From Synechococcus sp. (GTDB taxonomy: Bacteria; Cyanobacteriota; Cyanobacteriia; Thermostichales; PCC-7336): DNA of 64,000 bases. The position numbers and the translations under genes are program-made. The first letter of the stretch is position 1, and each line of letters opens with the position of its first letter. Where the stretch lies: NCBI GenBank assembly GCA_051439605.1, contig JBFRWN010000015.1:21378-85377 (forward strand), written 5' to 3'. Under the pieces are notes generated by a model. That model worked only from the letters and a program-made list of their open reading frames with translations. It was not told the origin of the DNA and made no database searches. Positions 21,168 to 32,198 of the stretch are shown one piece after another.

Positions 21168-22553
21168 TTGTCTAGCGAGATCGTCGCTCAACTGGAAGCA
21201 TTAGTGGGGGACGAGTCAGTGGTGGCTTGGCCGGAGATACCTGTCCCCCTGAAACTGCACTTATCACAACTATCCTTCTCTGCGCAGCCTCTAGAGGCAG
21301 TGGTTTTTCCCCACACAGCAGCAGAAGTCTCTGAAATTGTTAGTTGGGCAGCCCGCGATCGCCATACTCTCGTGCCAATGGGGTCTGGCAGCAAGCTGGG
21401 CTGGGGCGGTCTACTGCCTTCTCCCCTTCCTGAACGGGGCTTGTCATCCACCATCGCAGTTAGCACCACCCGACTCAATCAGGTGGTGGAGCATGCCATT
21501 GGCGATTTGACTCTGACAGCCGAAGCCGGTTTGCCTTTGCAGGAAGTGAGCCAACTGTTGGTTCCCCACCGTCAGCAGTTGGGGGTAGATCCAGCGTTTC
21601 CCGCCCACAGCACTCTGGGAGGAACGATCGCCACAGGAGATACAGGCTCTTTGCGGCAGGCCTACGGTAGCGTGCGCGATCGTCTATTGGGGGTTGAGTT
21701 TGTGCGATCAGATGGGCAAGTGGTTAAGGCAGGTGGGCGCGTGGTGAAAAATGTTGCGGGCTATGACTTAATGAAGCTCCTGACGGGCTCCTACGGCACG
21801 TTAGGAATCATCACCCAAATGACCGTTCGCCTGACCCCCACCCCCGAGTCCTCCAGTTCTGTCCTAATCGTGGGGGCAACTGCTGCCCTCGCATCGGTAG
21901 CTCGGCAAATCCGCGCTTCTAGCTTAGTCCCCACTCGCTTTGATTGGGTGTCTTCTCGTTCTTTATCCACCTGCATCGAGATGTCCGCCCCCCCTTCCAG
22001 TGCTTCCCTGCTGCTGCAATTCCAAAGTATTGCAGCCAGCGTAAGCCAACAAGTTGGCTGGACGGTCGCGCTGGCACAAGCCGCTGGACTCACCGCTACA
22101 TCATTCGATGCAGCGGCAGAACCCGGTGTATGGGAAACAGTCCAAGCATCCCTCCACAGGCGCCAACCCACTGTCTTGGAGAATGACAACCGCCCTAACC
22201 CGCAAAAGATTGTGGGTTGCAAGTTCGGCCTCCTCCCTAACCAAGCGCCAGACCTGTTCGCAGCCTTGGACACCTTAGCCATCCCCGCGAACATTCAGAT
22301 TCACGCCAGCAGCGGCATCGGATGGATCTGTTTCCCCGATCCTCATCCCGATCCTCAGACGTTATTGAATCTGCGTCAGTTATGCCAGCAGAACGGTGGC
22401 TATCTCACCATCCTGCAAGCCCCTCCATTCCTCAAACAGCAGTTAGACATCTGGGGCTATGCTGAGGTCAGCCTTGGGCTGATGCGGGCGATCTCCAAAA
22501 AATTTGACCCAGACGCCATTTTTGCTCCTCAGCGTCTTCTACCACATGCCTAG
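21168..22553 (+). CDS. glcE: FAD-binding oxidoreductase, glycolate oxidase subunit GlcE-like
   Basis: GSGSKLGWG, GGRVVKNVAGYDLMKLLTGSYGTLG, KFDP; upstream of glcF. Confidence 0.85.
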   Translation: MSSEIVAQLEALVGDESVVAWPEIPVPLKLHLSQLSFSAQPLEAVVFPHTAAEVSEIVSWAARDRHTLVPMGSGSKLGWGGLLPSPLPERGLSSTIAVSTTRLNQVVEHAIGDLTLTAEAGLPLQEVSQLLVPHRQQLGVDPAFPAHSTLGGTIATGDTGSLRQAYGSVRDRLLGVEFVRSDGQVVKAGGRVVKNVAGYDLMKLLTGSYGTLGIITQMTVRLTPTPESSSSVLIVGATAALASVARQIRASSLVPTRFDWVSSRSLSTCIEMSAPPSSASLLLQFQSIAASVSQQVGWTVALAQAAGLTATSFDAAAEPGVWETVQASLHRRQPTVLENDNRPNPQKIVGCKFGLLPNQAPDLFAALDTLAIPANIQIHASSGIGWICFPDPHPDPQTLLNLRQLCQQNGGYLTILQAPPFLKQQLDIWGYAEVSLGLMRAISKKFDPDAIFAPQRLLPHA

Positions 22554-22732
22554 AGAAAACATGTTTTAACGAATCTAGCGGCTGTCTGCAGATGAAAGCA
22601 CCACCACCAGTTTTCAGAAGGTTGCCGATCTTTTCAGCACATTTCCGATCCAAGCCCTGAGCATTTGCCGCCCATTGAAATAACCCATCCTCAATCCTTT
22701 ATTAAACTCGACTCGCTACACCAGCCATCGTC

Positions 22733-24115
22733 ATGTCAACCCCATCGCCTCTCGCCAATACAGAAACGGCTAGCAACCCAGAAACGGACACAGCCACTAG
22801 CTTTGATAGCAGCCATCCCCCCTCCACCGAATTCATCGATGCCTGCGTCCATTGCGGCTTTTGTCTCAGTACCTGCCCCAGTTACCGAGTTCTCGGCACC
22901 GAAACCGATTCCCCCCGCGGGCGGATCTACCTAATGGATGCCTTAGCCGATGCTCAAATCGAACTGACACCGGACGTTGTGAAGCATTTTGATAGCTGTC
23001 TTGGCTGTTTAGCCTGTGTCAGCACTTGTCCTTCCGGCGTGCGTTACGACGAACTCATTGCCGATATGCGAGCCCAGGTGGCTCGCAATCACCCGAGATC
23101 GCCCTCTGAGAAAGCCCTAAGGTGGCTAGTGTTCAATCTGTTCCCTTACCCCAATCGCCTCCGCCCTCTGCTACGTCCCCTTCAGCTGGCGCAAAATCTA
23201 GGGCTCACCAGTCTAGTGGGTCAATCTAGTGCCCTGAAGCGCTTCGCCCCCCAACTGGCCAGTATGGCATCGATTTTGCCCGAGGTGCCCGCCAGCGCCT
23301 TCGATCGCCCAATGCCCACCATCGTTCCGGCTCAAGGGCAACAGCGGCTGCGGGTGGGCATGATTCTGGGCTGCGTGCAGCGGGTCTTATTTTCGGATGT
23401 GAATCAAGCTACAGCCAGAGTGCTGAGCGCAAATGGCTGCGAAGTGGTCATTCCCCCGTCTCAGGGATGCTGCGCAGCGCTGCCCTACCATCAAGGGGAA
23501 GAGGACCAGGCAGCGGTACTCGCTCGTCAAATGATTGATAGCTTTGCTGGCGAAGATTTGGACGCCATCATCATCAACGCGGCAGGCTGCGGGCACACCC
23601 TGAAAGAGTACGGGAGAATTTTGCGAGATGACCCGGAATACGTAGACAAGGGAGAAACCTTTTCCCGCAAAGTAAAAGACGTGCAGGAGTTCTTGTCAGA
23701 AGTCGGCATCACGGCGAATCTAGCTCCCATTCATCACGAATCGCTTACCCTGGTCTATCAAGATGCCTGCCATTTATTGCACGGGCAGAAAATCTCTTCA
23801 CAACCCCGTCAACTACTGCGCAGCATTCCTGGCATTGAATTGCGTGATCCCGTTGATGCGGCCCTGTGCTGCGGAAGCGCTGGAGTTTTCAATATTTTGC
23901 AACCTGCAATTGCAGAGGAATTAGGAGAACAAAAAGTCCGTAATTTGATGGCAACCGGAGCCTTAGCGATCGCCTCTGCCAATCCAGGATGTACCCTGCA
24001 AATCCAAAAGCACCTCAAACAAGCAGGAAAGAATGCTCCTGTTTATCACCCCATACAACTGCTGGACTGGTCGATTCGCGGCGAACAGATTTCTCTCAAC
24101 ACTTCAGTCTATTAA
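22733..24115 (+). CDS. glcF: Glycolate oxidase iron-sulfur subunit
   Basis: Two CxxCxxCxxxCP ferredoxin motifs plus cysteine-rich CCG-type domains (QGCCAAL, LCCGSAG). Confidence 0.9.
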   Translation: MSTPSPLANTETASNPETDTATSFDSSHPPSTEFIDACVHCGFCLSTCPSYRVLGTETDSPRGRIYLMDALADAQIELTPDVVKHFDSCLGCLACVSTCPSGVRYDELIADMRAQVARNHPRSPSEKALRWLVFNLFPYPNRLRPLLRPLQLAQNLGLTSLVGQSSALKRFAPQLASMASILPEVPASAFDRPMPTIVPAQGQQRLRVGMILGCVQRVLFSDVNQATARVLSANGCEVVIPPSQGCCAALPYHQGEEDQAAVLARQMIDSFAGEDLDAIIINAAGCGHTLKEYGRILRDDPEYVDKGETFSRKVKDVQEFLSEVGITANLAPIHHESLTLVYQDACHLLHGQKISSQPRQLLRSIPGIELRDPVDAALCCGSAGVFNILQPAIAEELGEQKVRNLMATGALAIASANPGCTLQIQKHLKQAGKNAPVYHPIQLLDWSIRGEQISLNTSVY

Positions 24116-24790
24116 ATCTAAAAACTGTTCGGAGTGGACTGAATACTTTAACCACTTTCCTCACAATAAATATATCAACAGGTGATGAATCAGATGGTTG
24201 TTCTGCAATCACTGTTGGCAACGTAGCTTGCTTCTCTCCGCAGTATCATTGCTCTAACTAAGGTTCCTCTGAGCAATTCTTTCAATTTAGATCTTCTGAC
24301 GCCTGCTGAAATGGGCAAGTTGTGCAAGCATCTTAACCCTTATTAGCTAGCAAACCTTGGAGCGGGGATCGCCTGTTTTACAAGGGCTTCAACGATCCCC
24401 AAAACCTAAAGAGACTATTAACTCTTGTGCCGATCCCTCACCCTAGGCCTCACAATACGAAGGGATTCGACATCATCTGTGTTTCAATTTGCCGAGTTTC
24501 TGCATTATGGTTGCGGTCTACTTTCCATACGTCGCCAGTTTTTGTTATTGCCTTTGTCAGTTTCAAAAAAATTGTGGTATGGATCTTTGACTTTACCAGC
24601 CTTACCCACCAAACCAATTAAAAACAAACGAATTAACTTAAATTTACGACGGCATTAAACAGTTTTCCAGGAATTATTAGGTGTTCTTGCACACTGGCAA
24701 CTGTGTTTGAAGCAATTACAGTTATGAGTACGGAGGAAACCAATCGCTTTCGAAGCCATTGATAAACCTATACTTTAAGGAAAATTTCCT

Positions 24791-25066
24791 ATGAAATCTC
24801 CTCAACCACTCTCTATCCTGTCCGCACATCCAGTTACTCCCTTGTCGAACTCGATCCCTCCCAAAGGATTTTCTTCGAATGCCTCTTTTTGGGTTGCTGA
24901 ATGGGGGGATCGTTCAATTGAGGGAACTCTCTCAGAATGCCTTGATTTCATGGGCATTTATGGCTCCGCCCGTAATTTTCACATGCGAGAAGCCAGCCGT
25001 ACTGGTCTAACGGGTGGTGACCTATGGCAAGTGCGATTGCTATCCGAACAAGTGGTGGCCAGTTAG
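24791..25066 (+). CDS. Hypothetical protein
   Basis: AAGGA RBS before ATG, 91 aa, fills an intergenic gap; no family recognised. Confidence 0.45.
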   Translation: MKSPQPLSILSAHPVTPLSNSIPPKGFSSNASFWVAEWGDRSIEGTLSECLDFMGIYGSARNFHMREASRTGLTGGDLWQVRLLSEQVVAS

Positions 25067-25220
25067 TTTCACCTTTAACTACTCATGGTCTCTGGTGATT
25101 TTGTCTGCCTAGCCCAAAGGTGAGGTTCCGCAAGCTCTATCCTCCCAAAGTCTTCCTCCCCCTGAGAATGTGTCTTATGGGCATCTTGGCCAACCGCGGT
25201 CAAGGTGCTTTTTCATATTT

Positions 25221-26048
25221 TCAACACACGTACCGGATCTTCTTTCGCCAACAAAACCAGTACTCAATTCCCGCCCATGTCAGTAGCAAGATCCACCAGC
25301 CCACAATGCCCGCCAGCAGATTGTCACCAACCCCCGTCACCCAACTGGGGACTGCGGAGGTATAGGATAATAACCCAGCAATATTGACCAATGAGATGGC
25401 AAACACCCATCCCGCATGCAACCCAATCGGCAACCCCAGACATTCCCCTGTTAAGACCTTGGCACGCACCAAGATGGTTCCCACTAAAATCAGTCCAAAG
25501 GTTTGTGCCCCCCACTGATGGACCGCCGTAAATACTGCAGTCGTCACAACTCCAGCTAGCCAACCTTTGTAGTCACATCTCAGTTCCTCAAACAGCCAGC
25601 CACGAAACAGAAGTTCTTCTGCAAAGCCCACTGCGGCAGCAGTAGCAACCGCATTGGCTAGCGCCGTGAGAAACGCCTTGGGTGCCATTGACGTCCACTC
25701 CAGCCATCCCAGCCAACCTTCTAGCAATAAAGGGATGAACACTCCCGCAACGCCGCAAATAAGTCCGATCGCAACCTCCTGCCGAAACCCTTGCGAAAGG
25801 GAAAGTCCCAAAGCCCGGTACGGATACACGTGGCCATGAACCCAACGCCCCCAGCCCCCAAAGGCAGAGACAACGATGAGGTACAGGACAAGAGTTGATA
25901 CCCAATCTGGTAAGCCAAACCCGCTATCTAACAGCAGCCAAAGCAGCAAAAAAGGGATGACAAATACTGGAATTCTCAGCCATGCAGGGTGCGATCGCAC
26001 CCAAGCACAATACCTCCGTAGCATTCTCGAACCAGCAGATTCTCTCAA
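25221..26048 (-). CDS. CPBP/CAAX family intramembrane metalloprotease
   Basis: EELLFRG, FTAVH, IGLHAGW motifs in a polytopic protein. Confidence 0.9.
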   Translation of the reverse strand: MRESAGSRMLRRYCAWVRSHPAWLRIPVFVIPFLLLWLLLDSGFGLPDWVSTLVLYLIVVSAFGGWGRWVHGHVYPYRALGLSLSQGFRQEVAIGLICGVAGVFIPLLLEGWLGWLEWTSMAPKAFLTALANAVATAAAVGFAEELLFRGWLFEELRCDYKGWLAGVVTTAVFTAVHQWGAQTFGLILVGTILVRAKVLTGECLGLPIGLHAGWVFAISLVNIAGLLSYTSAVPSWVTGVGDNLLAGIVGWWILLLTWAGIEYWFCWRKKIRYVC

Positions 26049-26060
26049 ACCAGCTCCCGA

Positions 26061-26345
26061 TTAGCAGTCGGGTTCAATCGAACTGGTTAACCCATGGGTT
26101 TGCAACTGCTCTTTATAAAACTCGGCATGTTCCTTCGGAACAACAATCACCACCGCCATACCATTGACATGCGCTTCCATCATGATGTCTCGTGCTTGAG
26201 GGGGCTGCATCGCCGGGATGAGTTTCACCAATACCTCGATGACATACTCCATTGAGTTGAAATCATCGTTATGTAGGATGACCCGATACATCGGCATCGG
26301 CTTCCGGGCGGTTGAGCTCTTGGGCTTGACCTCCGCGAATACCAT
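26061..26345 (-). CDS. clpS: ATP-dependent Clp protease adaptor
   Basis: YRVILHNDDFNSMEYV, MMEAH, AEFY. Confidence 0.95.
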   Translation of the reverse strand: MVFAEVKPKSSTARKPMPMYRVILHNDDFNSMEYVIEVLVKLIPAMQPPQARDIMMEAHVNGMAVVIVVPKEHAEFYKEQLQTHGLTSSIEPDC

Positions 26346-26439
26346 GAGAAGCAACTCCGTAACTTTACTTTTTGTATAACAACCAAAACCACATATATTC
26401 TGCGAATTTCTTCATAATGTGGCAAGAGGAAAATACCGA

Positions 26440-27234
26440 TTACAGTTTCAACAGTTCCACAAAGTAGAACACCAGCGGGGCCGTAAACACGTAGCTATCC
26501 CCCCGATCCAAGATGCCTCCATGTCCGGGAATCAAATCCCCTGAGTCTTTCACACCGGCATTGCGCTTCATCAACGACTCGGTTAGGTCGCCGAGGAGAC
26601 CGGTCACCCCAATCGATAATCCCATGAGAATTCCCGTCAATGGCCAGCCATGCCACTGCAGCCACCAAGACCCCAAAACAGCAATCGAAATACTGCCACA
26701 AATCCCCGCCATTGCCCCCTCAACAGTTTTTTTAGGGCTGATAATCGAAAGCTGGGTTTTGCCAAACTGCTTACCCATAAAGTAGGCGCCAATATCTGCT
26801 GCCCAGATACAAGCAAAGGCCATCAACCCCAATTTGAGGCCGTTCTCGTGGGCTCTGACTAAAATCCAAAAGCTGGGCAAGTAAGCACAGTAGAACAACG
26901 CCAAAATCGAAGTTGCAATATCGTTAATGGTGGCGACTTTGGGCTTAAACAGCAGATAAAAGCAAATGCAAGTTCCCGCCAGCGTAAAGCTCAAACCAGT
27001 CCATTCCGGACGCACCTGCTGAATAAATACCAGCGCCTGGCTGGTGACTAGCGTCATCCGTTTTGCCGGTGCTGCACCAGTCGCCTGAACTAACTTGAAA
27101 AACTCCAATTGTGCCAGCAACACAATGACCGCAATCATGGCGGTAAAGAACCACCCTCCCAGAAACGAGAACAAGAGTGCCATGGCAATAGCTACCACAG
27201 CGCTGGCCAAACGCAGCTTGAGCTTTTCTCTCAC
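26440..27234 (-). CDS. cdsA: Phosphatidate cytidylyltransferase
   Basis: DIGAYF, ISPKKTVEG, GDLTESLMKR, KDSGDLIPGHGGILDR. Confidence 0.95.
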   Translation of the reverse strand: MREKLKLRLASAVVAIAMALLFSFLGGWFFTAMIAVIVLLAQLEFFKLVQATGAAPAKRMTLVTSQALVFIQQVRPEWTGLSFTLAGTCICFYLLFKPKVATINDIATSILALFYCAYLPSFWILVRAHENGLKLGLMAFACIWAADIGAYFMGKQFGKTQLSIISPKKTVEGAMAGICGSISIAVLGSWWLQWHGWPLTGILMGLSIGVTGLLGDLTESLMKRNAGVKDSGDLIPGHGGILDRGDSYVFTAPLVFYFVELLKL

Positions 27235-27644
27235 GTCAACAGCACTCCTTGCAGCGATGGAGGCCGGATCGGTTCGGAATCGACATTAGGAAGGGACAAG
27301 TAACTATCCGAGAGAGAGCTAGTGTTTAAGTGTAGCCGAGCCTTCAGGATTCTGATTTCTAGGGGTCTGGCGCCATGGGAAACTAATTTGGCAGCGCAGG
27401 AAACTTAATATCTTGTGGCTTTGTAGGTTGTGCCCTGGTCAAACAGCTGGAGGAGACCTCTCCGAGCTTGGTTTGTCGCATCGCTCAAGAACTGTTTGCA
27501 AAAATGAAAACGGTAAAGGGATTTGTGGCCAAGTTTAGCCACTGACACTGATATCCGATACATACTTCCTCCGAAGTCACTGCCAACCTAACCAGGCGGA
27601 CCTCCAGCCAATAGAATAGAGAGGCTCTTTTTTGAGAGGCTGCC

Positions 27645-29960
27645 GTGACCGCTTCCAGCCCTGCATTTAGTCCCGAAGAACTAAAAGCCACCGGAATTTC
27701 CACTAGTGAATATCAGTCCATCGTGGAGCGTATGGGGCGGGACCCCAACCCCAACGAACTCGCCATGTTTGGAGTGATGTGGTCAGAGCACTGCTGCTAC
27801 AAAAATTCCCGTCCGCTGCTGAAACAATTTCCCACCACGGGCGATCGGATTCTAGTTGGTCCGGGTGAAAATGCCGGAGTTGTGGATCTGGGAGATGGCG
27901 ATCGCCTCGCCTTCAAAATTGAGTCCCACAATCATCCATCAGCCGTAGAACCCTTTCAGGGGGCCGCCACAGGGGTGGGGGGCATCCTACGGGATATTTT
28001 CACCATGGGTGCCCGACCTATAGCGGTGTTGAACTCCCTCCGCTTTGGCCCCCTCAACAACCCGCGCAATCGACGATTATTCGCTGGAGTTGTCAGCGGC
28101 ATCTCCCATTACGGCAACTGTGTCGGAGTCCCCACCGTAGGGGGAGAAGTCGACTTCGACCCAATCTATTCCGGCAACCCACTGGTTAACGCGATGGCCC
28201 TCGGTTTGATGGAGACTGATGAAATCGTTAAGTCTGGTGCAGCAGGGTTGGGTAACCCTGTGCTGTATGTCGGCTCTACCACAGGTCGAGATGGTATGGG
28301 GGGGGCAAGCTTCGCCAGTGCGGAGTTAACGGACGAATCGGAACAGGATCGTCCCGCGGTTCAAGTGGGGGATCCGTTCCTGGAAAAATCTCTGATCGAA
28401 GCTTGCTTAGAAGCCTTTAAAACCGGTGCGGTGGTTGCGGCCCAAGATATGGGAGCAGCAGGGATTACCTGCTCAACTTCAGAGATGGCTTACAGTGGCG
28501 GCGTGGGCATCGAGTTCGACCTCGACAAAGTCCCCGTAAGGGAAGCCGGGATGCGCCCCGATGAATTTCTACTCTCCGAATCACAAGAGCGCATGCTGTT
28601 TGTAGTCGATCCAGAGAGAACTGAGGAACTGATTGAAATTTTTCAACGGTGGGGGCTGCACGCAGTTGTAGCAGGTCGCGTGATTGAAGAACCGGTAGTA
28701 CGCATTTTCCACAGAGGGGAAATTGCCGCCGAGGTCTCTGCATCTGCTTTGGCCGATGACACCCCCCTATACAAACGCGAAATCGTTGATACACCAGACT
28801 ACGCCCTTACCGCTTGGCAATGGAGCGCAGCGTCTCTTCCGAGTGCTGCAGAGGCGGGAATCGGCGATCGCAGTTGGAATGACATTCTTTTACAGCTGTT
28901 AGACGACCCTTCTATTGCCTCCAAACAGTGGGTCTATCGGCAATACGATCACCAAGTGCAAAACAATACCGTTTTGGTACCGGGTGGAGCCGATGCTGCC
29001 GTTGTCCGCATTCGTCCCCAAACCTTTGGAGTAGGAGATATTGAAACAGTTCCCCTCTCGCACAAAGGGGTAGCTGCAGTTGTGGACTGTAAAGGACGAT
29101 ACGTCTACCTCGATCCCTACGAGGGAGCAAAAGCCGCCGTTGCAGAAGCCGCCCGCAACCTCAGCTGTGTTGGAGCAGAACCGCTAGCAGTCACTGATAA
29201 TCTCAACTTTGGCAGTCCCGAAAAGCCGGTGGGCTACTGGCAATTGGCTGAATCTTGCCGGGGAATTTCTGCTGCTTGCAAAGCCCTTCACACCCCAGTT
29301 ACCGGAGGCAATGTCTCGCTGTACAACGAAACCATCGACAGCGATGGCAACCCCTGCTCAATCCACCCAACCCCAGTCATTGGCATGGTGGGCCTAGTGC
29401 CGGACGTTCGCCGAGTCTGCGGTCAAGCGTGGGTTAGCGAAGGGGACAGCATTATTCTCCTGGGCAGCCTGGAAACTCTGGCACTCGGGGGATCCTCTTA
29501 TCTCAGTAGCATCCACGGCATCACAACCGGTCGGCCCCCTCGTATCGATCTAGAGATAGAAGCTAAAGTACAAACCGCCTGCCGCGAAGGGATTCGCCAA
29601 GGGTGGGTAAAGTCGGCCCACGACTGCAGTGATGGAGGGTTGGCTGTAACATTAGCGGAGTCCAGTCTCGGCAACGGCATTGGCGCTTGCATTGTGCTTC
29701 CCACTAGCAACCTACGTCTAGATGAACTTCTGTTTGGTGAAGGAGGCGCTAAGATTCTGATGTCAGTTTCTCCCGACCATCTAGCGTTCTTCAGAGAATA
29801 TCTCACTGTAAATTTACCGAATTTATGGCTGGAGCTGGGCCAAACCAAAGGCGATCGGTTGGACATTCAACTCGCGAGCGGAATCAGTGCAATTTCTCTG
29901 CCCGTTACTCAACTCTCGAGCACCTTTAACTCGGCCATTTCCAAGCGCATGCAGCCTTGA
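27645..29960 (+). CDS. purL: Phosphoribosylformylglycinamidine synthase subunit PurL
   Basis: [44 protein letters not shown]. Confidence 0.97.
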   Translation: MTASSPAFSPEELKATGISTSEYQSIVERMGRDPNPNELAMFGVMWSEHCCYKNSRPLLKQFPTTGDRILVGPGENAGVVDLGDGDRLAFKIESHNHPSAVEPFQGAATGVGGILRDIFTMGARPIAVLNSLRFGPLNNPRNRRLFAGVVSGISHYGNCVGVPTVGGEVDFDPIYSGNPLVNAMALGLMETDEIVKSGAAGLGNPVLYVGSTTGRDGMGGASFASAELTDESEQDRPAVQVGDPFLEKSLIEACLEAFKTGAVVAAQDMGAAGITCSTSEMAYSGGVGIEFDLDKVPVREAGMRPDEFLLSESQERMLFVVDPERTEELIEIFQRWGLHAVVAGRVIEEPVVRIFHRGEIAAEVSASALADDTPLYKREIVDTPDYALTAWQWSAASLPSAAEAGIGDRSWNDILLQLLDDPSIASKQWVYRQYDHQVQNNTVLVPGGADAAVVRIRPQTFGVGDIETVPLSHKGVAAVVDCKGRYVYLDPYEGAKAAVAEAARNLSCVGAEPLAVTDNLNFGSPEKPVGYWQLAESCRGISAACKALHTPVTGGNVSLYNETIDSDGNPCSIHPTPVIGMVGLVPDVRRVCGQAWVSEGDSIILLGSLETLALGGSSYLSSIHGITTGRPPRIDLEIEAKVQTACREGIRQGWVKSAHDCSDGGLAVTLAESSLGNGIGACIVLPTSNLRLDELLFGEGGAKILMSVSPDHLAFFREYLTVNLPNLWLELGQTKGDRLDIQLASGISAISLPVTQLSSTFNSAISKRMQP

Positions 29961-29972
29961 GTTCACCCCTCG

Positions 29973-30680
29973 CTAAGGGAGACAAGTTTCGACTGCCACA
30001 AGAGCCGCCTTCACTTGAGCAATACAGGTTTCCACTGGCAACCCTAACCCCATGCATTCCACTGCCACCTTGTAAGCTACCGCTTGCTCCTCGAAAAGGC
30101 TTCTGGCCTGTAAACGTGCCCACCGCTCCATATACCCTGGGTCCAGGAGCTGTCCGCTGCAGCGCAAGCTGCTAACTAGTTGTTGCAGCTTGTGTCGATC
30201 ATCGCGATCTCCGATCGCATTACCCATCTCAGCTTTTTCCGCTACGCCCCCTGCCATCCACATAATGCTGTAACGCTCAACATCGCGGCGAGTCATTCCC
30301 CCTTGCTCGAGCCATCCTTGCCAGACAGCATCATCAAGCTGCACCCCCCCATACCCTGGATACCCCTTACGAAACGCTTGCCAAGGATCGAGCACGTAAT
30401 CTTTGATGGGAATGTCCAATTGGCAAGCAGCTAAGAAATGACCTGCTTCGTGGGTGAGAACGCGTTGCTTCTGCCGAGAAGTTCTGCCCTCCCACTGCGC
30501 CCCCAATAATTGTGAAAATCGCCCCTGCATCACAGTGCGATCGACCAAAGCTGCACCCAACACGAAACTCGTCAGCCCAACAGGCAGTATCTCCCCCATC
30601 CCCAAAGCTGGCGATAGCAGAGCAAAGAGCGAGAGGGCAAAAACGGCGATCGCCATTCCCGATGAATTGGAAGGATGCAT
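29973..30680 (-). CDS. M41-like Zn metalloprotease domain membrane protein
   Basis: Two N-terminal TM helices, HEAGH, MAGGVAE. Confidence 0.75.
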   Translation of the reverse strand: MHPSNSSGMAIAVFALSLFALLSPALGMGEILPVGLTSFVLGAALVDRTVMQGRFSQLLGAQWEGRTSRQKQRVLTHEAGHFLAACQLDIPIKDYVLDPWQAFRKGYPGYGGVQLDDAVWQGWLEQGGMTRRDVERYSIMWMAGGVAEKAEMGNAIGDRDDRHKLQQLVSSLRCSGQLLDPGYMERWARLQARSLFEEQAVAYKVAVECMGLGLPVETCIAQVKAALVAVETCLP

Positions 30681-30878
30681 ACAAAAATATCCTTTGGGAA
30701 CCATATCTATGAAGAAAAGGTCGAAAGGAGCATGCTCCCTCTTTATCAAGTGTCCGAGCAAGTTGAAGAGCTCCCTACAAGTGTAAGGAGTCAGTAGATT
30801 TTCGGGTAACTCTAAAGTAATAACTCCGTTATCTTACACAGTATTCTTGCATTTTCTGAAACAAGGCTTATCTTAGCT

Positions 30879-32153
30879 ATGTTCACCAAGACTCTCGATA
30901 CTGCTCGCCTGCCCCCACAATATTGGAGTCATGTTTCACAAGAGAATTGGAACGATTGGCGTTGGCAACTTAAGAACAGGCTTAACACTCTTGAGGACCT
31001 AAGTAAATTCATTGACCTTACTCCCGAAGAGGTCCAAGGTCTCGGTGCACCCGAGCGATTTCGAGTCGATGTCACCCCCTATTATGCAAGCCTGATTGAC
31101 CCCACCGATCCCAATTGCCCAGTCAGGCGGCAAATCGTTCCTACCGGTCGAGAGCTACAAGCTTTTGCAGGCATGATGGACGATAGCCTCTCGGAGGACG
31201 AACATAGCCCGGTTCCTGGCTTAGTGCATCGCTATCCCGATCGCGTCCTCATGCTCTTGACCACCCATTGTGCTAGCTACTGTCGTTACTGCACTCGCAG
31301 TCGCATGGTGGGGGATTTCACTAAAACGACTCAAAAGCCCATTCTTGAACAACAATTGGAGTACTTGCGCCGTACCCCCCAGGTACGAGATGTTCTTCTT
31401 AGTGGCGGCGATCCCCTTACCCTTTCTCCCGCAGTACTAGAATACACACTCTCTAGCCTGCGTGAAATAGACCATATCGAGGTCGTCCGTATTGGCAGTC
31501 GTGCCCCAGTTTTCCTGCCTCAGCTCGTGACAGACGAACTTTGCGACATGCTGAAAAAGTTCCACCCGTTGTGGCTCAACATTCACGTCAATCATCCAAA
31601 AGAAATCACTCCCGAGCTCAGCCAAGCCTTGGCAAAGTTAGCCAACTCAGGTATTCCTCTAGGAAACCAAAGTGTCTTACTAGCAGGCATTAACGACAGC
31701 GTAGAAATCCAAAAGGAATTAGTTCACAAACTCGTGCGCAACCGAGTACGTCCCTACTATTTGTACCAGTGCGATCTCGTCAAGGGAGCTGGCCATTTCC
31801 GCACCAGCATCGCCAAAGGGTTAGAAATTATTGAGGGATTGAGGGGTCACACCAGCGGCTATGCGGTCCCTACATTTGTTGTGGATGCCCCAGGTGGTGG
31901 TGGCAAGATACCGATCAATCCCCAATACCTGATTAGCCACGGGAGCAAGCGCGTTGTGCTGCGCAACTACGAGGGTTATATCTCCACCTACGAAGAACCG
32001 GCCAATTACGATCCCGATTTGATTTACAAGATGCAACCCCATGCCCACAGGAAAAAAGCAGAGGACCAACAGTCTGGAGTTTCGGGATTGCTGCAGGGTG
32101 AGGCGAAGTCTATTAAACCAGAGGGATTCGACCAAATTCACCAACGCGATTGA
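30879..32153 (+). CDS. kamA: KamA-family radical SAM enzyme, lysine 2,3-aminomutase
   Basis: WNDWRWQL, HRYPDRVL, CASYCRYCTR (CxxxCxxC), LSGGDPL, YQCD, VVDAPGGGGKIP (PLP lysine). Confidence 0.9.
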   Translation: MFTKTLDTARLPPQYWSHVSQENWNDWRWQLKNRLNTLEDLSKFIDLTPEEVQGLGAPERFRVDVTPYYASLIDPTDPNCPVRRQIVPTGRELQAFAGMMDDSLSEDEHSPVPGLVHRYPDRVLMLLTTHCASYCRYCTRSRMVGDFTKTTQKPILEQQLEYLRRTPQVRDVLLSGGDPLTLSPAVLEYTLSSLREIDHIEVVRIGSRAPVFLPQLVTDELCDMLKKFHPLWLNIHVNHPKEITPELSQALAKLANSGIPLGNQSVLLAGINDSVEIQKELVHKLVRNRVRPYYLYQCDLVKGAGHFRTSIAKGLEIIEGLRGHTSGYAVPTFVVDAPGGGGKIPINPQYLISHGSKRVVLRNYEGYISTYEEPANYDPDLIYKMQPHAHRKKAEDQQSGVSGLLQGEAKSIKPEGFDQIHQRD

Positions 32154-32198
32154 TAGGTTCACGTACGAAAGCTCACTTCACCAACAAGGTCTTCAGCT

